Of a stretch of DNA of 64,000 nucleotides, positions 1 to 9,517 are shown piece after piece; position 1 is the stretch's first letter, and each line of letters opens with the position of its first letter. Location of the stretch: the NCBI GenBank assembly GCA_034670305.1, contig JAXMNT010000034.1, positions 17,439 through 81,438 of the forward strand, given 5' to 3'. The notes beneath the pieces were generated by a model. The model did no database searches. It was not told the origin of the DNA and worked only from the letters and a program-made list of their open reading frames with translations. The DNA comes from Deltaproteobacteria bacterium (GTDB lineage: Bacteria > Myxococcota_A > Polyangia > Polyangiales > Houyiibacteriaceae). Both the position numbers and the translations under genes were made by a program.

Positions 1-156
1 CACCCCCGAAGCGTTGCGCAAGCGAGACTTCGGCACCGTCGCCAACGACGCCGGCTAGAGCACCGAAAGAAAGCGCGACCGGAACCGGCGCCACCCGCCA
101 CCCGCCCGCACCGCGTCCCTCGGACCCCACGCGCAGCGCTGCGGTAGCATCGCGCG

Positions 157-1230
157 ATGCAACGATGCGCCCGGCTCCTCTCCGTCTTCTGGTTGTCTGC
201 ATGTGGCGCGGCGAACGCTGCCCCGGCTGCCGTTCCCGAGCCCGCGGAAGTGACGCCGACCCCTGCGCCCGACCCGTCTTCGCCAGGCACGCGCGTGATG
301 GTCAGCACGGCGGGCGAGAACGCCGCCGGGACGTTTGTCATCGACGTGGATGCGCCCGCAAACCGTGTGGTGTTCGGGGAAGGCAACCTCGTCTTGGCAC
401 GTGCACCGGACGGCGACGCGTTCGTCGCCCTCCCCGTTCGCGAAGGTCGACCGCGCTCGCAAGACGGATACCGTGTGCTGAACCAGACGGGGCAACCGCT
501 GGGTGCGTATCCGTCGGACTGTGTGCCGCTGTTGCTCGATGCCGAACGCCTCGTGCTTTGCGAACAGACCCCCGAAGCGGATCCCCCACAGGTCGCGGTC
601 GTCTTGGTCAACACGCGGTCCGGCGCACGCACGACGCTCGGCGAAGAAGAGGGGCGGGTCTGGGACGATGTTCCTCTGAGCCTCACCCCGGAGGGCGACT
701 CGGTGTGCTTCCACCTGCGCCGCTCCGACACGCGCGGTCTCTACTGCGTGGCTCTGGCCGGCGGACCGGTCGCGGAGTTCGTGCGCGATGGCTTCTTCGC
801 GGTCTTCCACGATGCGCAGACGGCCTTCGTGCTCACCAACACGGATCACCAACGACTGCTTCAACGCTTCGACTATGCGGCGAGCGGGGTCTCGAACCCG
901 CGGCCGATCCCGGTGGTGGGGGCGCTCCTCGCGATGCCGGTCGACGCCGGACGGGCGCTCGTGTTCGCACGGGAAGAAGAGCACTCCTGGCCCCTGCACC
1001 TGCTCTCGCTCGAGTCCGGGGAGACCCAAGTGCTCGATCCGTCCGCGTCGGTGACCGACGGAACCCCGTTCGGCCCATTCGTTCGCATCGCCGGCGATCG
1101 CATCGTGTACGTGGGTCGCGGAGACGAGGGATCGGAGCTGCGGGTGGTCTCTCTCGACGGCGCAGAACCGCCGCGGCGAACCGGCGACCAAACGTTCCGG
1201 CAAGGCTTCGTCGTCGGCCTCGCTCCCTGA
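157..1230 (+). CDS. Hypothetical lipoprotein, possibly TolB-like beta-propeller
   Basis: Lipobox (WLSAC), Pro-rich linker, repeated beta-strand pattern (LSLTPEGDSVCF, DRIVYVG). Confidence 0.6.
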   Translation: MQRCARLLSVFWLSACGAANAAPAAVPEPAEVTPTPAPDPSSPGTRVMVSTAGENAAGTFVIDVDAPANRVVFGEGNLVLARAPDGDAFVALPVREGRPRSQDGYRVLNQTGQPLGAYPSDCVPLLLDAERLVLCEQTPEADPPQVAVVLVNTRSGARTTLGEEEGRVWDDVPLSLTPEGDSVCFHLRRSDTRGLYCVALAGGPVAEFVRDGFFAVFHDAQTAFVLTNTDHQRLLQRFDYAASGVSNPRPIPVVGALLAMPVDAGRALVFAREEEHSWPLHLLSLESGETQVLDPSASVTDGTPFGPFVRIAGDRIVYVGRGDEGSELRVVSLDGAEPPRRTGDQTFRQGFVVGLAP

Positions 1231-1320
1231 CGCCCACGCTGCTGAGTTCGTCTAAACCGCCCAAACAGCGCCCAGAGACATTCTGCCGGTACTGCGATAC
1301 AGTAGTCCCGGGGGTGGGAC

Positions 1321-2463
1321 ATGAAGTTTGTTGATTTGGCGGTGCGTCTGGCGCTGATCGCATTGGTTGTCGGGTCGCAAGGGTGTCGTGAATGCCGGTA
1401 TGACTCCGACTGTCCTGGCGACACGGTTTGTGATTTCGATCGTTGCGTCGCATGCGATTCGGACGGGGACTGCGGGGCCGGTCGCGTCTGCACGACGGAC
1501 AACCACTGTGTCGAATGCGAATACTCATTCGACTGCGCCGCTGGAGAACGGTGCACGGCGAACGTGTGCACCGGGGGCTGTCTCGACGGTTGCGCTCCGG
1601 GCCTGACCTGTGTGGCCGACCGTTGCATCGGCGGGTGTGGCGATGGGGTCTGCAGTGAAGAGAACTGCTCGACCTGCCCAGCCGACTGCGGGCCCTGCGG
1701 CGGATGCGGCGACGGCATCTGCAGTGGCGAGGACTGCACCTCCTGCCCGGCCGACTGTGGGGCGTGTGGTGGATGCGGCGACGGCACGTGCACCCCGCCA
1801 GAGACGTGTGGCAGTTGTGCCCCGGACTGTGGCGCATGCTCCTCCTGCATGTCCTTCCCACCGATGCGGTTCTCGGGTTCGGTTCCGTGTGAAGGGCTGA
1901 CCCCGACCGCACTGGGAGTCGTCAACGACTTGGCCACGGTTTGGGGCACTCAGCCGCGAATCATCTGCCGATTCTCCCCCGCGACATACGGGCTTCGCGA
2001 CCCATGTGGGGGCTTCTTGGATGGCAATACAAGGGCCCGATACTGCGGGTTCGACGACTCCATCGCCTACGATGCGTCGTTCTTGGATCAGGAGGTCAGT
2101 CGCCACGGGCAGTTCGCGGCGGTCGCGATCTTGGCCCACGAGTGGGGCCACGCCCACCAGGCGCGGGCGGGTCTCTTCAACCCTGGTCGGACGACGTTCC
2201 AGAACGAGCAGCACGCCGACTGTCAGGCCGGCGTGTTCGCCGCGGTGGCGCGCATGGCGGGCGTGCTCGACGAGTCCGATCCCATGGCGGCCTTCGGGTC
2301 CCTCTGCGCAGCCTCCGACCCCGCCTACCATCCGGCCGGTCACGGCACGTGCGAACAACGCATCAACGCCTTCCGCCACGGGTTCGAGATGGGCCTCGCG
2401 CGCATGGACCGGCTCTGCTCGGAGGGCACCTTGTCCCAAGCCCTCGACATCTGCGTGAACTGA
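1321..2463 (+). CDS. Cys-rich lipoprotein with C-terminal neutral zinc metallopeptidase (YpfJ-like)
   Basis: Signal ending SQGC; CGDGxC..E.C..CP.DCG repeats; ILAHEWGH and EQHADCQAG motifs. Confidence 0.8.
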   Translation: MKFVDLAVRLALIALVVGSQGCRECRYDSDCPGDTVCDFDRCVACDSDGDCGAGRVCTTDNHCVECEYSFDCAAGERCTANVCTGGCLDGCAPGLTCVADRCIGGCGDGVCSEENCSTCPADCGPCGGCGDGICSGEDCTSCPADCGACGGCGDGTCTPPETCGSCAPDCGACSSCMSFPPMRFSGSVPCEGLTPTALGVVNDLATVWGTQPRIICRFSPATYGLRDPCGGFLDGNTRARYCGFDDSIAYDASFLDQEVSRHGQFAAVAILAHEWGHAHQARAGLFNPGRTTFQNEQHADCQAGVFAAVARMAGVLDESDPMAAFGSLCAASDPAYHPAGHGTCEQRINAFRHGFEMGLARMDRLCSEGTLSQALDICVN

Positions 2464-2560
2464 CGCCGACACCGAGCGACCCTGCGATCTGATTCGCGGT
2501 TTCGAAGCGGGCATGGCGCCTCGAAACCCCGGGTCGGACAGCAGGCGAACGGCCAGCGGG

Positions 2561-2722
2561 TCAGTCGGTTTCGATCACACCGCTGCCGCCGCAGCAGCGG
2601 CAAGGTTTGAACTTGTCCTCGGGTGCTCCGCAGTCTTCGCACCCGAGCTTGTCGGTGTAGTAGCTCTCACAGACCGTGCACTGCGCGCCACGGCCTTGGC
2701 ACTCCTCGCATGTCTCTTCCAT
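2561..2722 (-). CDS. Small Cys-rich protein resembling a DnaJ-type zinc finger (53 aa)
   Basis: MEETCEECQGRG...CTVC...CEDC...CRCCGGSG; two CxxCxGxG motifs; start uncertain. Confidence 0.5.
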   Translation of the reverse strand: MEETCEECQGRGAQCTVCESYYTDKLGCEDCGAPEDKFKPCRCCGGSGVIETD

Positions 2723-2819
2723 CGAACGAGTATCTTCGAATCGCGACCGAACAACCACAGCAACGCGTGCCCTGTTTGGGCGAGGGGTGGTCGACCTACG
2801 GCACACCCGTTCGGCGCGT

Positions 2820-2890
2820 GAGACGGTCGGCCCGAGACGGTTCGGCCCGAGCCGGATCAGCCCAAGACGGATCAGCCCAAGACGGATCGG
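2820..2890. repeat. Degenerate ~15-bp tandem repeat overlapping the map stop codon
   Basis: gacggatcagcccaa-like unit about 4-5 times. Confidence 0.6.
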
Positions 2891-3633
2891 GTCATGACGT
2901 CGGCGCCGGTGCGGGTGACCACGAGGGTGTGCTCGAACTGGGCAGAGGGGGCGCCGCTGGCTGTCCGCATGGTCCAGCCGTCGTCGTCGGTCACGATGGC
3001 GGACGTGCCGAGCACGACGATGGGTTCGATCGTGAGGGCCATGCCGGCACGGAGTCTGCGGCCGGTTCCAGGGCGACCGAAGAAGGGGACATGCGGTTCG
3101 AGATGCATGGCGCGACCGATGCCGTGACCACCGACTTCGCGGACCACGGAGCAGCCTTCGGAGCGGGCCAGGGCTTCGACCGCCGCACCGATGTCGCCAA
3201 GTCGGACCTGGTCGCGCACCTGCGCGATGCCGATCTCGCAGCATCGCTCTGCGACCGACAACACGTGCGCGCGCTCGGGGCTCAACGGGCCGAGCGCGAA
3301 CGTCCGGCACGTGTCGCCATGCCAACCGTCGAGGTTGGAGGTCACGTCGACGGACACGATGTCGCCTGGTTCGAGCACGTCCCGCTCGCTCGGAACGCCG
3401 TGGCAGACGATGTCGTTTCGGCTGGTGCAGACGGCCCCCGGAAAGCCGTGGTAGCCGAGTTGGCTCGGCGCCGCACCGCGGGCTCGGGTGTCCTCTCGGA
3501 CCAGTCGGTCGATCGCCGCGGTGCTCATGCCGGGGGCGAGCGCGGCGCCGATGTGCGCGAGGGTCTGTGCCGCGACCTCGCCAGCGCGGCGCAACTTCGC
3601 GATGTGTTTCGGGAGCAGACGTTCGATGCCCAT
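2872..3633 (-). CDS. map: Methionine aminopeptidase type I
   Basis: CTSRNDIVCHGVP, DVT, GWHGDT, GHGIG, HLEP, TIEP and SAQFEHT motifs; start set at MGIERLL. Confidence 0.95.
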   Translation of the reverse strand: MGIERLLPKHIAKLRRAGEVAAQTLAHIGAALAPGMSTAAIDRLVREDTRARGAAPSQLGYHGFPGAVCTSRNDIVCHGVPSERDVLEPGDIVSVDVTSNLDGWHGDTCRTFALGPLSPERAHVLSVAERCCEIGIAQVRDQVRLGDIGAAVEALARSEGCSVVREVGGHGIGRAMHLEPHVPFFGRPGTGRRLRAGMALTIEPIVVLGTSAIVTDDDGWTMRTASGAPSAQFEHTLVVTRTGADVMTRSVLG

Positions 3634-3668
3634 GTCTGCTCTATGTCGGCGTCCGCAGCGCCCGACCA

Positions 3669-3683
3669 ATACCGATTGGGTAT
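3669..3683. promoter_or_regulatory. LysR-type T-N11-A operator
   Basis: ATACC-GATTG-GGTAT perfect dyad between divergent map and the LysR gene. Confidence 0.65.
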
Positions 3684-3719
3684 GCCTGCGCCGGCACCCT
3701 TCTGCGCTATGCTCGCTGG

Positions 3720-3992
3720 GTGAGTTTGTCGCAGCTCGAGGGCTTCGTCGCCATCGTCGAAGAAGGCAGCGTGGGACGCGCCGCCAAGCGGTTGCATGTC
3801 TCGCAGCCGCCGCTCAGCCGGCGACTCCGCAGCCTGGAAGAAGAGCTCGGCGTCTTGCTCCTCGAACGCCACGCACGGGGCGTGCGCCTGCTTCCAGCGG
3901 GCGAGCGGCTGTTGCCCTACGCCCGACAGGTGCTCGCGACCATCGATGCGGCGCGCCACGTCGTGGGCGACGACGTGGGCGACGACGGCTAG
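3720..3992 (+). CDS. Short LysR-family regulator (HTH plus linker only, 90 aa)
   Basis: LSQLEGFVAIVEEGSVGRAAKRLHVSQPPLSRRLRSLEEELGVLLLER; GTG start; stop before any effector domain. Confidence 0.85.
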   Translation: MSLSQLEGFVAIVEEGSVGRAAKRLHVSQPPLSRRLRSLEEELGVLLLERHARGVRLLPAGERLLPYARQVLATIDAARHVVGDDVGDDG

Positions 3993-4274
3993 CTTCCAAT
4001 CCGGCGAGAGGCGTGGTGCGGTGGTGGTGCGGTGTGGGCCGGCGCCGCCACACGACGCCGCCACACGAGGCGCCAAGTTCGGGGATCCGGTTGCCGACGA
4101 CGTGGACCGCCTGGCTCGCCGCCCCTGGCGCAGTTCGTCGCCGGCTGTCCGCCCGGCCACGCGTGTCGCGGGATGGGGCTTTTGCGCTGGTGTGCGTGCG
4201 CACCGCCGATTCGCGCCAACGGGGTAAGAGCCCTGGGAGGCGCCGGTGGGCCAGTGTGTTGTCAGGAGGACGAC

Positions 4275-5771
4275 ATGCACATCAACCAGAACCAAGCGCC
4301 CACGACCATCACCCACCCGACCCAGAAGGGGCTCGTGCTCTTGGTCACCATCGTCTGCATGACGGGCCTGGGCTGCGCGGCGACGCCGTACGAGGGCGAC
4401 GACCCGGATCTGCTCACCGACTACGCGGGCGAGGACGTCGACCGGCTGCCCGATGCGGTCAGCGACGACGAAGGCGAGGCCATGGAGCCAACGCTGGAGG
4501 ATCGCATCGCGGCCGCCGACATGGACGACGACGACCTCGCGGCCGAGTACAACGACCGCGAGACGCTGGCCGACGTTCTGGCGATCGCCAACGTCGACAC
4601 CTTTCACATCGACCCCGAAGAGGAAGCGCTGATCGCCACGTGGGACCGGGAACACGAGGCGACGGACCACGCGACGGAGGAGCCGCTCGACCGCGGCGAA
4701 GGTCCGTTGGCGAAAGCCGACTACGCCCGCGGGCACATCCTGCGAGTCGACAACGATGGGACCGTGGTCGGCTGGGCCTGCGACCGGCGCAACCCTGGGC
4801 GTCCGGTCGTGGCGTTGGTCACCGTGCTCAACGACCACGGCGTGCGCATGCGCGCGGCAGTGCTCGCCGACGAGATGCCGGTCATGACGTGGCAGCGTCG
4901 CTGGATCCGCGAACGCTGCGGTGACGAACCGGCGCACCTCTTCCGCATCCAGTTCGATCGCGAGATCGGGTGCGAGAACCGCGTCGCGCTGACGGTCGTC
5001 GGTCACCGGGACCGGCAGCGCTACATGGTTCGGCGCCGGCGGCTTCGCTGCGGCCCGATCGGAGACGTCCTGGGCTTCAACGTGAACCAGCGGAGGCTCC
5101 GAGCGATCCGAGGTTGGGCGTGTGACCAGGAGCGCCCCAGCGGACAGGTCCGGATCACGGTGGAGAGCTCCCGCTCCGGCGAACTCCGAGACCGCCGCAC
5201 CAACACCGCACACGGCCGCGAAGTGCACGTCCGGTGTCTCGGGGGTCAGCGCCACCGCTTCGAGCTCGACTTCGACCGGAGCCCGCCCCCATGCGGCACG
5301 ACGGAGACCATCCGGGTGTATGCCCACAACCTCGGTGAACGCGGTCCGAACCGAGTGCTGATTGGCAAACGCCGGATCGAAGGCAACTCGTGTGGCCCAG
5401 TCGGCTACGGCAACGACTACTCCGCGGGCGCGCCGACGTGGGGTGGCTGCCGCTACGTGACCGACGAGGTCGTGCGCATCGTCGCCTCCAACGGCGGCTA
5501 CCCGGTCACGTCGCGCAAGCGCACCGAGACGTTCGGCAACCCGTCGTCCGACCACCACGTCTCCAACAGCCGCGCGGACGCCGTCGACTTTGGCACTGCC
5601 AACAACTACGGCCTCGCGCAGACCATCCGCTCCCGCCTGTCCGGCGGCACCCACCGCGAGTACGAGACGTTCACCATCCGGCGCGACGGACACACCTTCC
5701 GAGGACAGCTGATCGCCGGAACCCACGGCACCGGGCCGCACCTGCACTTCGGCTGTCAGCGGGTCGACTGA
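4275..5771 (+). CDS. Lipoprotein with two GWACD repeat domains and a possible LAS-type Zn peptidase C-terminus
   Basis: AGGAGG RBS; lipobox GLGC; acidic linker; two GWACD motifs; SDHH...AVDFG and terminal PHLHFG. Confidence 0.7.
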   Translation: MHINQNQAPTTITHPTQKGLVLLVTIVCMTGLGCAATPYEGDDPDLLTDYAGEDVDRLPDAVSDDEGEAMEPTLEDRIAAADMDDDDLAAEYNDRETLADVLAIANVDTFHIDPEEEALIATWDREHEATDHATEEPLDRGEGPLAKADYARGHILRVDNDGTVVGWACDRRNPGRPVVALVTVLNDHGVRMRAAVLADEMPVMTWQRRWIRERCGDEPAHLFRIQFDREIGCENRVALTVVGHRDRQRYMVRRRRLRCGPIGDVLGFNVNQRRLRAIRGWACDQERPSGQVRITVESSRSGELRDRRTNTAHGREVHVRCLGGQRHRFELDFDRSPPPCGTTETIRVYAHNLGERGPNRVLIGKRRIEGNSCGPVGYGNDYSAGAPTWGGCRYVTDEVVRIVASNGGYPVTSRKRTETFGNPSSDHHVSNSRADAVDFGTANNYGLAQTIRSRLSGGTHREYETFTIRRDGHTFRGQLIAGTHGTGPHLHFGCQRVD

Positions 5772-5891
5772 CCGACTCGGCGGGCCGCAGCGCAGGTCGC
5801 GCATTCCTCGATGCCGTTGCACGGCGTCGAGGGGTGCGCGGCGCGCGTCGTGGGCCGGACGGGAGCCCTGCGAAACTTCTACTTCTTCGCC

Positions 5892-6302
5892 ATGGGGACC
5901 TTGCCGACGGGGATCAACCGCCTGACACTGCGGGCTGTGAAACCGGTCCTGACATGGCTCCTCTGGGGACTCCTCAGCGCCGGCGCGCTGTTCGGGCTCG
6001 CCGGCGAGGGTCCGGCGCCGGTCGACGAGGCACAGACGTGGCTGACCCAGAGTCGGCCCGATGTCTCGGTCGCGTCGCCGGCCGAGGTCACCGGCCTGCT
6101 GGTGCGGGCACCGGAACCGGCGCGACAACCGCACGACCTCCGCAAGGTCTCGGTTCGCGCGTCCCGCTTGCTGCCGAACCCGCGCCGCTCCGTGGTCTGT
6201 CGCGCCGGTGCGAAGGCGCGACGCGGGCGGCCTTGGGCGCGCCACGGCACACACATCCCACGCATGAACGACGAACCTCCCCCAGGCCGCGCGCCGCGTT
6301 AG
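5892..6302 (+). CDS. Hypothetical protein
   Basis: ORF with a hydrophobic N-terminal segment filling the gap; start uncertain. Confidence 0.3.
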   Translation: MGTLPTGINRLTLRAVKPVLTWLLWGLLSAGALFGLAGEGPAPVDEAQTWLTQSRPDVSVASPAEVTGLLVRAPEPARQPHDLRKVSVRASRLLPNPRRSVVCRAGAKARRGRPWARHGTHIPRMNDEPPPGRAPR

Positions 6303-6378
6303 ACACCTCTCTCGCGGCGCCCCCTTGGTTCGAACCATTCATGCAACCGCCGCCTCGGCGGCATGGGAGTGATCCATC

Positions 6379-6648
6379 ATGCGACCCGCAAAAACACGTG
6401 CCACCTCGGGCACGAAAGAAACGATCCATCTGTTCGCGGACCCCACGTTCGTTCCCCAGGACGACGAAGGGTTGGCGGCCGACGCACGGCGCGAACGACG
6501 CGCCGCGCGGCGGCGAGAGCGCGAGACCGAAGTCGAGAACCCGTTCCCGTCCATCGAGAACGAGGTGAGCGCGATCTACCCGATCCTCTGGCTCGGCGTA
6601 CCGCTCGTCCTGGTCATCGTCTGGGCCCTGGTCGGAGGCGGGACCTAG
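6379..6648 (+). CDS. Small hypothetical protein with a C-terminal TM helix
   Basis: IYPILWLGVPLVLVIVWALV; GGGAG upstream. Confidence 0.6.
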   Translation: MRPAKTRATSGTKETIHLFADPTFVPQDDEGLAADARRERRAARRRERETEVENPFPSIENEVSAIYPILWLGVPLVLVIVWALVGGGT

Positions 6649-6824
6649 CCCACCTCGCTGTCCGAGGCCGGCTGTCGGCGGGTACTTCCGAGTGCCCGTC
6701 GGCAGCCGACCTGCGGCCCGTCGGGCCGTCTTGACGCGGTTCTTCGCGAACGCCCGTCCAACGGTCGCTTGCGGCCTCGAGGCGCGGGACCTCGGCGGCG
6801 ATGAGGTCGAGTACACTTCCGCCC

Positions 6825-7928
6825 ATGACGTCCCGCTCGTGGGTACTGGTCGCGTGCGCGGTCTGTGCCGCCGCTTGCAGCGACGGGACCGAGACCTCGA
6901 GCTCGACCGCCGAACCCGCTTCGGTTCCCCAAGACGAGCCGGCCGAACGCTCGACGGTGGCGACGGGCCCGGCCGCGGAGGAGAACCCGGAGGGTTCCGA
7001 AGGCGACCGCCACGCAGAGTTGTGTCCATCGATCGTGCTCGACGAGTCGCCCCCGCTGCGGGTGCGGGCAGCCCCAAACGGCACGGCCGAAGTCGTCGGC
7101 GAGCTGGTCAACGGTTCGCTGGTCGAAGTGACACGCACCGTGCGCGGCTGGGCACGCATCGAAGCGCCGCACGCGGGCTGGGTGTATCGGCGGCCGCTCT
7201 ACGATACGTGCGACAACACAGCCGCCGCGCCCGCGCTCGTGCTCGGCTCGAGAACCTACGTCCTGCTCGAGTCTTGGCGTGAGGTCAGCGATGTTCGCGG
7301 ACCAGTTCTGGAAGGTGGGGTCGGGGTGTTCGGCGCGATGGAGTTCCGCATGCGCAGGAGCCAACCTCTGCCACCGACCCCGGTGACGCTCTTGTCCGCA
7401 CTGGGCGCTTGCGCGGGCTTCGGGGACGAGCGGGTGGAGATCGGTGCGCACTGCCCGGAGTTCGGCCACGCGGCGTTTGCCCTCGTGGTGCATAGGTGCC
7501 CGTTGTTGCAGGCTGAACACTTTGGGGAGGAGGAGCGCGCCCCGTTTGCGGTCGCGGTCTTCGGTCGACACCCGGACGCCCGACTCGAGGACTGGCCAAG
7601 CACCGAGGCCTCGGTGAGCGATGGACAACGACAGGTGCTCGCGTCGCGCGACGACGCGCGAGACACCACACCCGAGGCGCGTCAACTCGGCTCGGATCTC
7701 TTCTGGGTCCAATCCGAACTGCAGGCTTGGCTCTTCCACCGCGACACCCTGCTCGCGCCGCTCGCGGTGGCCGACCCACCGCGCCATGTCGTATCGAACG
7801 GTCGGCACCTGGTCGCCGTCGGGCGCTCCGGCTTTCACAGCTATGGGCTGTTCATGATCCCCCGCCGTCCCCTACCGGGCAACGTCCGAACCGTCCACTA
7901 CCCAAACGCAACCTGCGGCGCGTTCTGA
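6825..7928 (+). CDS. Lipoprotein with bacterial SH3 domain
   Basis: Lipobox AAAC; LRVRAAPNGTAEVVGELVNGSLVEV..RGWARI...GWV. Confidence 0.75.
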   Translation: MTSRSWVLVACAVCAAACSDGTETSSSTAEPASVPQDEPAERSTVATGPAAEENPEGSEGDRHAELCPSIVLDESPPLRVRAAPNGTAEVVGELVNGSLVEVTRTVRGWARIEAPHAGWVYRRPLYDTCDNTAAAPALVLGSRTYVLLESWREVSDVRGPVLEGGVGVFGAMEFRMRRSQPLPPTPVTLLSALGACAGFGDERVEIGAHCPEFGHAAFALVVHRCPLLQAEHFGEEERAPFAVAVFGRHPDARLEDWPSTEASVSDGQRQVLASRDDARDTTPEARQLGSDLFWVQSELQAWLFHRDTLLAPLAVADPPRHVVSNGRHLVAVGRSGFHSYGLFMIPRRPLPGNVRTVHYPNATCGAF

Positions 7929-7984
7929 TTCGCCGAGCGATCGGTGTCAGGCGTTCAAACGTCCACCGGTTCGAGTCATGTGCG

Positions 7985-8374
7985 TCAACCCGGGCGGCGC
8001 ACCACGCTCAGCCGGATCAGCCGACCGGTCTCGATCCCGTAGATCCACGTGGTGCGACCCGAGCCACAGATGCGCAGTCCCTCCCGGGCGTCGTCGTGGC
8101 AGGTCGTCCCGTCCGCGGGTGCGGGAGGATGGGCCGGATCGATGCGGACCCCATCGCGCCAGAGGGCGCCCATGAAGTACTGGCGAGGGCGCCCGGCATC
8201 TCCGAGCATGCGGAGCACGGGATCCTGCGCGAAGTAGATCGTGAGCCCAGAGCCATGTTCGCAAGTACGCGGACCGCCCTCCAGACCTTCCGAACGATCG
8301 CTGTGGGGGTGCGCACGGTCAGCGCGACAGTCGGTCGAGCACGGCCGCGACGGCGTCGAGCTGGGCGCGCCCAA
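7985..8374 (-). CDS. Hypothetical protein or gene fragment
   Basis: C-terminal part reads as globular protein; start uncertain and overlaps the upstream gene. Confidence 0.3.
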   Translation of the reverse strand: MGAPSSTPSRPCSTDCRADRAHPHSDRSEGLEGGPRTCEHGSGLTIYFAQDPVLRMLGDAGRPRQYFMGALWRDGVRIDPAHPPAPADGTTCHDDAREGLRICGSGRTTWIYGIETGRLIRLSVVRRPG

Positions 8375-9434
8375 GTCGTTTGCAGCGGCGCGGGGACCAG
8401 CCTTCGGGCATCGGCGCGTCGGCGTTGTCCTTGAAGGGTTGCTCGAGCGTCATCGCCACCGCGCCGAATGCGTGGGCGATCTGGTTCGTGCACATCGTCA
8501 GGTTCGCTTTGCCGACCGGCGATCGGGGGTATCCATGCTTCGTCTGAAAGTCTGGGCACGCGCGCACGAGCGCCTCGCAGTACACATCCCGTAGCTGCAG
8601 CACGTGGTCGGGCAGACCCGCGACTCCGTCCGGGCCTGCGATGAAGTTGTAGGGGAGCGCCTCGTCCCCGTGCACGTCCAGACAGAGCGCGACCCCGGCT
8701 TCTTCCATGCGCGCCTTCACCAGCGCGACCTCGGGCTCGGTGTCCATCTGAGGTTCGTGCCAGACCCGGTTCAGGTTCTTGCCGGCCGCGTTCGTCCGGA
8801 GATGACCGCGGCGGCTTCCGTCGGGGTTCATGTTCGGGACCACGTAGAAGGTCGCGTCGCTCAGCAGCCGCCGTGAGAGCGACTCGGCCGGATCGGTCAG
8901 GCGGTCGAGCAGCCCTTCGATGAGCCACTCTGCCATGCTCTCGCCCGGATGCTGGCGGCCGATGATCCAGATCGGCGCGGGCCCGTCCCCGACCACGAGC
9001 AGGTCCATCGAGTGACCGTCCAGCGTCTCCCCGAGCACTTCGAGCCGTCCGTGCTGCTGCATCTGCCCGACGACGCGCTGATGCCGTTCCCAGGCGTAGG
9101 GCGCGAAGTAGGCGAACCAGATCGTGTCGTGCGCGACCTCGTGTTCGACGATCAGTTCACCCTCGTCGTAGCGTGTGTCGACTCGAAACCACGTCCTGCG
9201 ATCGTACGACGCGCAGGCTCGGTAACCCGGCCAGCCCTTCTCGTAGCTCGCGCCCGCCGCGTTGAGAATCCGCCAGCAGAGCCGTTGCCCCTTGGCGCCA
9301 CTGACCCGGAAATGAAACCACTGGTAGTGCTCGTCGCCGACGTCGGGACGGATCTGGAGCCGAACGTCGTCGGCCTTCGAAGCGTCGACGACGATGATGT
9401 TGCCGGAGTCGAAGCGATCACTGACGCGAAGCAT
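8319..9434 (-). CDS. M14 zinc carboxypeptidase, cytosolic carboxypeptidase (Nna1/CCP-like) type
   Basis: FDSGNI, QWFHF, FAPY, RQHPGE, NMNPDG, NLNR and DVHGDE motifs. Confidence 0.92.
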   Translation of the reverse strand: MLRVSDRFDSGNIIVVDASKADDVRLQIRPDVGDEHYQWFHFRVSGAKGQRLCWRILNAAGASYEKGWPGYRACASYDRRTWFRVDTRYDEGELIVEHEVAHDTIWFAYFAPYAWERHQRVVGQMQQHGRLEVLGETLDGHSMDLLVVGDGPAPIWIIGRQHPGESMAEWLIEGLLDRLTDPAESLSRRLLSDATFYVVPNMNPDGSRRGHLRTNAAGKNLNRVWHEPQMDTEPEVALVKARMEEAGVALCLDVHGDEALPYNFIAGPDGVAGLPDHVLQLRDVYCEALVRACPDFQTKHGYPRSPVGKANLTMCTNQIAHAFGAVAMTLEQPFKDNADAPMPEGWSPRRCKRLGRAQLDAVAAVLDRLSR

Positions 9435-9517
9435 GCGCCACCGCTACCAGGTTGAACCTGCGCTGCCCAGCCAAACCGATCCTTCTGCCATACCCGTGGT
9501 CCCCAGTGCTGCCCACG

